Below, one piece after another: positions 58,140-64,000 of a DNA stretch of 64,000 bases. Location: positions 28,557 through 92,556 of the forward strand of contig JAGWRO010000090.1 in the NCBI GenBank assembly GCA_028876495.1, in the 5' to 3' direction. Under the pieces are notes generated by a model, which saw nothing but the letters and a program-made list of their open reading frames with translations, was not told the DNA's origin and ran no database searches. Made by a program: the position numbers and the translations under genes. The number at the start of each line of letters is the position of its first letter. Positions within the stretch are counted from its first letter, which is position 1. This DNA comes from Bacteroidota bacterium (GTDB lineage: Bacteria > Bacteroidota > Bacteroidia > Chitinophagales > Chitinophagaceae).

Positions 58140-60047
58140 ATGTTAGAACCGCAGAATCTTTTAAAAAAATATTGGGGATATGATTCCTTCAGGCCACTTC
58201 AGGGCGAGATCATTGATTCTGTTTTAGCCGGTAATGACACGCTGGCCTTGCTACCCACCGGGGGAGGAAAGTCGATTTGTTTCCAGGTTCCATCGTTGCT
58301 AAACGAAGGTATATGTCTTGTAATTAGCCCGTTGATTGCATTGATGAAAGACCAGGTTTCTAATCTTAAAAAAAAGGGAATCCCCGCTCTTTCTGTTTAT
58401 TCAGGAATGAGTTTTATCGAAGTAAAAAAGACGCTGCAAAATGCTGCTTACGGTAATTTTAAATTTCTGTATGTATCCCCGGAAAGGCTGGAAACGGAGC
58501 TTTTTATAGAATATTTGCCTTTAATAAAAGTAAATTTAATTGCGGTAGATGAAGCACATTGTATTTCACAATGGGGTTATGATTTCAGACCCTCTTACCT
58601 GCGAATAGCTGCTTTGCGCGAATATTTTCCCAAGGTTCCTGTTCTTGCACTCACTGCTTCGGCAACTTTAGAAGTTCAAAAAGATATTCGGGAAAAATTG
58701 CTTTTTGGAAAATCGCAAAATACTTTTCAGCAATCATTCAACCGTCCTAATCTTTCATATAGTGCTTTTCAGCTTTTTTCAAAAGAAAATAAATTATTAA
58801 CGATTTTAAAAAAAGTTCCGGGCAGCGGAATTGTTTATTGTAAAACAAGGCGTCGAACAAAAGAAGTAGCGGAACTTTTAAAGCTTAATGGCATTGTTGC
58901 AGATTATTATCATGCCGGTCTTGCCAGTGAAGAGCGCAATAAAAAACAAGAAGATTGGATAAATAATAAAACGCGCATTATTGCCTGTACCAATGCTTTT
59001 GGAATGGGGATTGACAAGCCTGATGTAAGGACAGTGGTGCATTATGATGTTCCTGATGCCCTCGAAAATTATTACCAGGAAGCAGGAAGGGCAGGGCGCG
59101 ACGGTAAGAAAGCTTATGCGATATTACTATATAGTGAAGCTGAACTGGAAGAATTGAAAAAGCAAGTTGCTGTGAGGTTTCCATCTAATAGCGTTATAAA
59201 AAAAGTATATGGCGATTTGTGCAGCTTTCTTCAGTTGCCTTCTAACAGTGGAGAAGGTTTTTCTTATGATTTTGATTTAAACACTTTTGCGAAAAACTTC
59301 AAATTGGATGCCTATACAGTTAACAGCGTTTTGAAAATACTGGAACAGGAAGAATTGATTACTTACAGTGAACAATTTTTTATGCCTTCGACAGTTGAAT
59401 TTTCGATAGACAAGCAACATCTGAATGATTTTGAAAAAAGTTATCCTAAATATAGCGATGTAGTAAAAGGGCTTTTACGTTCGTATGATGGAATATTCGA
59501 TTTTCCTTCTTTTGTAAACGAAAATGAACTTGCCCGGTTTGTTGGAATAGGAAAAGAGAGATTGATGCAAATATTGCTTGAATTAAAAGCTCTCGGAATT
59601 ATTAATTATTTGCCTCAAAAAGAAACTCCGCAAATCTATTTTTTAAAGAATCGGGTTAAAACGGATGAACTTTTTATTAATCAAAAAAATATTCTAAAAC
59701 GAAAAGAAGCCTTTGAAAAAAGGTTAGCGGTCATTACCCATTTTTGTGTAACGCAAAATGAATGCAGAAGTACAATGATAAGCTCTTATTTTAGCGGACA
59801 ACATTTGCCACCTTGCGGTATTTGTGATAATTGCCTGCGCAATAAACAGTTGATGATTACCAGTGAAGAATTCAATTTTATTTCTGGTGAAATAAAAAAG
59901 ATGGCTCACAAAAGGGCGGTTACTTCAAAAATGATAATTGAAAATTTGCCTTCTGTTAAAGAAAATAAAATATGGAAAGTCCTGAAGTTTTTGCAGGAAG
60001 AAAACCTGGCAAGTGTAGGCCAGGATGGATTGATAAAAGTCAAATAG
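58140..60047 (+). CDS. recQ: RecQ family ATP-dependent DNA helicase
   Basis: PTGGGKS, DEAHC, QWGYDFRP, ALTASA, YHAG, QEAGRAGRDG, Zn-binding CGICDNC. Confidence 0.93.
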   Translation: MLEPQNLLKKYWGYDSFRPLQGEIIDSVLAGNDTLALLPTGGGKSICFQVPSLLNEGICLVISPLIALMKDQVSNLKKKGIPALSVYSGMSFIEVKKTLQNAAYGNFKFLYVSPERLETELFIEYLPLIKVNLIAVDEAHCISQWGYDFRPSYLRIAALREYFPKVPVLALTASATLEVQKDIREKLLFGKSQNTFQQSFNRPNLSYSAFQLFSKENKLLTILKKVPGSGIVYCKTRRRTKEVAELLKLNGIVADYYHAGLASEERNKKQEDWINNKTRIIACTNAFGMGIDKPDVRTVVHYDVPDALENYYQEAGRAGRDGKKAYAILLYSEAELEELKKQVAVRFPSNSVIKKVYGDLCSFLQLPSNSGEGFSYDFDLNTFAKNFKLDAYTVNSVLKILEQEELITYSEQFFMPSTVEFSIDKQHLNDFEKSYPKYSDVVKGLLRSYDGIFDFPSFVNENELARFVGIGKERLMQILLELKALGIINYLPQKETPQIYFLKNRVKTDELFINQKNILKRKEAFEKRLAVITHFCVTQNECRSTMISSYFSGQHLPPCGICDNCLRNKQLMITSEEFNFISGEIKKMAHKRAVTSKMIIENLPSVKENKIWKVLKFLQEENLASVGQDGLIKVK

Positions 60048-60065
60048 CTTTATTAAATGGAACAT

Positions 60066-60098
60066 AAAAAAAGGGGACCCAGATAGAAATCTAGTCCC
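60066..60098 (-). terminator. Intrinsic terminator hairpin
   Basis: Minus-strand GGGAC-U-AGAU-(UUCU)-AUCU-GG-GUCCC followed by C and U7. The G-U wobble works only on the minus strand. Confidence 0.75.
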
Positions 60099-60130
60099 GC
60101 TTTAAAATCCAATATCCTATGAAAAACCAT
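60066..60130 (-). ncRNA. Candidate standalone small RNA (about 65 nt)
   Basis: ATTG-N20-TATATTTG promoter (-7 at 60140-60133) immediately followed by ATGGTTTTTCATAGGATATTGGATTTTAAAGC and the terminator. Confidence 0.6.
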
Positions 60131-60139
60131 GACAAATAT

Positions 60140-60176
60140 AGGGTTAAAAATAGTATTTAACAATATTTTTAACCCT
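60140..60176. repeat. Perfect 13-bp inverted repeat overlapping the candidate sRNA promoter
   Basis: AGGGTTAAAAATA (60140-60152), 11-nt spacer, TATTTTTAACCCT (60164-60176); extends to 17 bp with one G-U pair. Confidence 0.85.
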
Positions 60177-60292
60177 GTATCAAATAAAATCGCATATTTA
60201 TACTACTAAAAAGCAACTCTATTTATTAATTGGCTGTTTTTTTTGAGTAATCGGTTTTGAACCAAGAAAGAAAATCATAGCTTTTTGGTAGA

Positions 60293-61834
60293 CTAAAACC
60301 ATCCTGTAGTTGTTTTTCGGCTTCGGCCACCCAGCCCTAAAGAACCTAAAAGACTTCTTACTATAGTTGTTCCTGCAGTTCTCATCATACTTTTTACAAC
60401 TGTATTGTTTACTACTTTTTCAAGTGTGCTTTCTTCAGGTTTGGCTGCTTTTTCAGGTACTACAACGGGATTCGCAGCAGCTTCCTGTAACTTGGCGGTA
60501 AGCATTTCATAGGCGCTGTCAGGGTCGGTAACCTGGTTATATTTTGCAGCTAACTTAGAATGATCAACGATAGAATCGATTTCACTTTGGGTTAATACAT
60601 CCATCCTGCTTCTTGGTGTGCACATCATCGTGTGGACTAAAGGAGTTGGAATTCCTTTTTCATTCAATAAGGTTACCAGCGCTTCCCCGATTCCTAATTG
60701 AGTAATAAGGTCAGCGGTTTTATAAAATGTAGTTTCAGGATAATTTTCAGCTGTTTGTTTTATTACCTGCCTGTCCGCTGCGGTAAATGCTCTTAATGAG
60801 TGCTGAATTTTTAATCCCAACTGCCCTAAAACACTTGCGGGCACATCCATCGGATTTTGAGTACAGAAATAAATTCCGATACCTTTTGAGCGTATTAATT
60901 TGATGACCGTATTTATTTCATCAAGGAGTGCTTTGCTGGCTTCTTCAAAAATAAGATGCGCTTCATCAATAAAAATGATCAGCTTGGGTTTGTCAAGATC
61001 CCCTTCTTCAGGGCAAACAGCATATAATTCAGCCAACATCTGCAACATAAAAGTTGAAAATAATTTTGGCCTGTCCTGGATATCTGTCACCCTTAATACG
61101 CTTATCATCCCACGTCCGTCGTCATTAATCCGCATAAGGTCTTCCACTTCAAAACTTTTTTCACCAAAAAATAAATCGGCTCCCTGCTGTTGTAATTCTA
61201 TCACTTTTCTTAAAATAGTACCGGTAGAAGTTGTTGAGATATTTCCATATGATTGTTGCAATTCTGCTTTGCCTTCATTACCTACATATTGCAATACTTT
61301 AATAAAATCTTTAAGATCAACAAGAGGCAATTTCTTATCATCACAATATTTAAAGATCATGGCCACCACACCACCTTGTGTATCGTTTAATCCCAAAATT
61401 TTACTCATTAAAATAGGGCCAAATTCAGAAACTGTTGCCCGCAATCGTACTCCTTTTTGGTTGCTTAATGTGAGTAGATCAACCGGGAAAGTTGTGGGCT
61501 TGTAATCCATTTTTAATTTTTGATAACGGGAAGCGATCTTATCATTTAAGGTTCCTGCTGCTGCAATTCCACTTAAATCACCTTTTATATCCATCAATAA
61601 GCATGGAACACTTGCATCACTTAAACCTTCAGCAATCATTTGAAAAGATTTTGTTTTACCACCACCTGTTGCACCGGCAATAAGCCCATGGCGGTTCATT
61701 GTGGCAAGCGGAATAAAAATCTCTGCTTCGGAAATTACTTCACCATCTAACATACCCGCACCTATTTTAATAGTTTCGCCTTTAAAAGCGTAACCAGTTT
61801 TGATCGTTTCAATAAATTGTTCTTTTTTATCCAT
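60293..61834 (-). CDS. HerA/FtsK-family ATPase, DUF853 (YjgR-like)
   Basis: NRHGLIAGATGGGKT, DIKGDLSG, IFIDEAH, IRSKGIGIYFCTQNP, QHSLRAFT. Confidence 0.9.
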   Translation of the reverse strand: MDKKEQFIETIKTGYAFKGETIKIGAGMLDGEVISEAEIFIPLATMNRHGLIAGATGGGKTKSFQMIAEGLSDASVPCLLMDIKGDLSGIAAAGTLNDKIASRYQKLKMDYKPTTFPVDLLTLSNQKGVRLRATVSEFGPILMSKILGLNDTQGGVVAMIFKYCDDKKLPLVDLKDFIKVLQYVGNEGKAELQQSYGNISTTSTGTILRKVIELQQQGADLFFGEKSFEVEDLMRINDDGRGMISVLRVTDIQDRPKLFSTFMLQMLAELYAVCPEEGDLDKPKLIIFIDEAHLIFEEASKALLDEINTVIKLIRSKGIGIYFCTQNPMDVPASVLGQLGLKIQHSLRAFTAADRQVIKQTAENYPETTFYKTADLITQLGIGEALVTLLNEKGIPTPLVHTMMCTPRSRMDVLTQSEIDSIVDHSKLAAKYNQVTDPDSAYEMLTAKLQEAAANPVVVPEKAAKPEESTLEKVVNNTVVKSMMRTAGTTIVRSLLGSLGLGGRSRKTTTGWF

Positions 61835-61994
61835 GATTTCGATTTTTTTGAAAGTTACAAAGTGAATTTGAAAAAGTAAGATTGTTTTAACTTTTTAGTA
61901 AATACATTTATCGTTCTTTAATTATGGCATTAAATATGTAAAAGATATTTCATAAAAACTAAATACCTTTATTCAGAATTAAACACAAAAAGTT

Positions 61995-62693
61995 ATGGAA
62001 AATAGTAAACCTAAAATTCTTATCTGTGAAGACGATCCAAACCTGGGAATGGTGCTCAAAAATTTTCTTGAGCTTAATGATTATGACATTGTGCTGGAAA
62101 GAGATGGAAGGCTTGGCCTCGCTGCTTTTCAGCGCGAAAAATTTGATTTATGCCTGCTAGATGTTATGATGCCCAACATGGATGGATTTACTGTGGCAGA
62201 AGAAATAAGAAACGTGGATCCGGATATGCCTTTATTCTTTCTTTCAGCAAAAACAATGAAAGATGATATCATTAAAGGATACAAACTTGGGGCGGATGAT
62301 TATATCACAAAACCTTTTGACAGCGATGTTTTACTCCATAAAATAAAAGCAATCTTAAAAAGAAATGAAGAATTGCATCGTGAAGAAGCAAATGCAGAAT
62401 ATGACCTTGGAAAATATCATTTTAATCCAAGACTTCGTCAACTTGGCGTAGGAAAAGACATACAGACATTGTCTCCCAAAGAAAATGAATTGTTAAAAAT
62501 GCTGGCTGAGTATAAAAATGATTTGTTACCCAGGGAAGCAGCTTTGAAGAAGATTTGGGGAAGTGATACTTATTTCAACGGTAGAAGCATGGACGTGTAT
62601 ATTGCCAAACTCAGAAAATATTTAAAAGGAGATCCTAATATTGAAATTGTAAATATTCATGGAAATGGCTTTAGGCTTGTGGTTGAGGAATAA
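61995..62693 (+). CDS. OmpR-family response regulator, RprY-like
   Basis: ILICEDDPNLG, LDVMMP, LSAK, DDYITKPF, YFNGRSMDVYIAKLRKYL, NIHGNGFRL. Confidence 0.92.
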   Translation: MENSKPKILICEDDPNLGMVLKNFLELNDYDIVLERDGRLGLAAFQREKFDLCLLDVMMPNMDGFTVAEEIRNVDPDMPLFFLSAKTMKDDIIKGYKLGADDYITKPFDSDVLLHKIKAILKRNEELHREEANAEYDLGKYHFNPRLRQLGVGKDIQTLSPKENELLKMLAEYKNDLLPREAALKKIWGSDTYFNGRSMDVYIAKLRKYLKGDPNIEIVNIHGNGFRLVVEE

Positions 62694-62741
62694 TTTACTT
62701 TTCTGGTTACTGTATAGTAAAGAAACTAAAACTCAGGATTT

Positions 62742-63437
62742 TTATTTTAATAAGACGGCTGCAGCTATACCGGCGGTTTCTGTTCTTAATCTTGTTTTTC
62801 CTAAACTAACAGGAATATAATTCTGTTGAATGGCAGTTTGAATTTCCTCTTCAGTAAAATCTCCTTCGGGGCCTATTAAAATTATTTTTGAAGCTGAGTC
62901 AGAAACAAGACTTTTTAATTCTTTTTTTGCATGGTCTACACAATGAGCAATAAATTTCTGCTCATAATTTTCATTTTTTATAACCTCTGAAATTTTTACC
63001 GGTTCGCTTAATTCGGGTAACCATGACTGTTGGCTTTGCAACATTGCGCTTATTAAAATAGATCTTGTTCTTTCCATTTTAAAATGTGTTTTTTCTGAAC
63101 GCTTGCATATCAGCGGAATAATTTCTGAAATGCCGATTTCAGTTGCTTTTTCTGCAAACCATTCGAAACGGTTATTATTTTTTATCAGGGAGATGGCAAT
63201 GGCAGTATTTGGAACCGATTGTTCTAAAAATTCTTTGCGAATAAACAAGGCTTTTGTTTTTTTCTTATCTGCAAAAAGAATGTTGGCAAATAACCTATAA
63301 CCTTTACCGTTGGTGAGGATAATTTCTTCACCTTCTTTCATTCTTAAAACCTGGCTTATGTGCCTTGAAGTTTCTTCACTTAAAGTAAATTCATCAGAAT
63401 CAGGAAGGGTTTCTTCAAAAAAATAAGGGGACGTCAT
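62742..63437 (-). CDS. rsmE: 16S rRNA (uracil-1498-N3)-methyltransferase
   Basis: HISQVLRM, EKATEIG, AMLQS, IGPEGDFT, SLGKTRLRTETA. Confidence 0.95.
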   Translation of the reverse strand: MTSPYFFEETLPDSDEFTLSEETSRHISQVLRMKEGEEIILTNGKGYRLFANILFADKKKTKALFIRKEFLEQSVPNTAIAISLIKNNNRFEWFAEKATEIGISEIIPLICKRSEKTHFKMERTRSILISAMLQSQQSWLPELSEPVKISEVIKNENYEQKFIAHCVDHAKKELKSLVSDSASKIILIGPEGDFTEEEIQTAIQQNYIPVSLGKTRLRTETAGIAAAVLLK

Positions 63438-63475
63438 CGTATGATTGCTTTACCAAATAAGGCGCAATTGTTTAA

Positions 63476-64000
63476 TTAAAAAGGTGCGTTTTCATCAAAC
63501 TCTTCATCATTCATTTTACTTCCTGCCTGGAAATATAATTTAGCGCCACCGTTTTCGTCAATGTCTTTCACTGGTTTAAAGTTTCCGGGAGGCAGCCTGT
63601 TGCTAAAATCATCTTCGTCGTTATCTACAAACTTTTGAATATGTAATAAGGCTTTTAGCGTAATGGTCTCCAATTGTCCGTTTCTGTGTTTTGCAATGCG
63701 GACTTGTGTTTCTCCTTTCGTAGATTCTCCCATTTCATTTGCCTGAATATCATGGTATTCAGGACGGTAAAGGAATATAACCATATCTGCATCCTGCTCA
63801 ATGGCACCTGATTCTCTCAAATCACTTAATTGCGGAATTTTGCTTCCTTCTTTTCTTTTTTCAACTTCACGACTTAACTGGCTAAGCGCAATAATAGGAA
63901 CCTGCAATTCCTTGGCAAGCCCTTTTAAATCTCTTGAAATGCGGCTGATTTCCTGCTCGCGATTGCTGTTTCTGTTTTCACCGGTACCGCTCATCAATTG
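63476..64000 (-). CDS. dnaB: Replicative DNA helicase (3' part; truncated by window edge)
   Basis: [60 protein letters not shown]. Confidence 0.97.
   Translation of the reverse strand, partial: QLMSGTGENRNSNREQEISRISRDLKGLAKELQVPIIALSQLSREVEKRKEGSKIPQLSDLRESGAIEQDADMVIFLYRPEYHDIQANEMGESTKGETQVRIAKHRNGQLETITLKALLHIQKFVDNDEDDFSNRLPPGNFKPVKDIDENGGAKLYFQAGSKMNDEEFDENAPF

Noticed and set aside
60900-61505. 201-aa plus-strand ORF
   Set aside because: Entirely antisense to the DUF853 ATPase, with Ser/Ile-rich shadow-frame composition and no recognisable motif.
1-64000. CRISPR array, tRNA/rRNA genes, IS elements, integrase or prophage
   Set aside because: I saw no spaced direct repeats, tRNA T-loop signatures, transposase or integrase motifs, or phage structural genes on manual reading. 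A tRNAscan or CRISPR search would be needed to exclude them fully.

Overview
Chromosomal window from an AT-rich (roughly one-third GC by eye, not computed) Bacteroidota genome, most consistent with Chitinophagaceae (inferred from gldH, batD, an RprY-like regulator, TAnnTTTG -7 promoter boxes and very short leaders). Positions 1-30.6 kb are a large, mostly minus-strand Wzx/Wzy surface-polysaccharide locus that runs off the left edge. It encodes rmlB/rmlA, wbpD/wbpB, a CDP-sugar cassette with a C-methyltransferase, Wza and Wzz, two flippases, Wzy, a dTDP-3-amino-3,6-dideoxyhexose pathway, glf, a deacetylase plus formyltransferase pair and several glycosyltransferases. Three single genes inside it are inverted: a SAM methyltransferase, an atypical GT-B protein and a secreted beta-helix protein. 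Positions 30.7-64 kb are mostly housekeeping genes (ABC-F, dusB, cdsA, psd, a two-component pair, gldH, yicC, lpxD, pheS, ald, tsaE, recQ, rsmE, 3' part of dnaB). Interspersed are two type II toxin-antitoxin pairs (one antitoxin is below the ORF-track cutoff), a solo ORF6N gene and a putative clan-A glycosidase with an inserted F5/8 (CBM32) module. Two intergenic regions look like standalone small-RNA genes (promoter, 65-80 nt body, intrinsic terminator), and one lies next to a DnaA-box pair. I saw no CRISPR array, tRNA, rRNA, transposase or integrase. All protein assignments come from motif recognition, not database searches.
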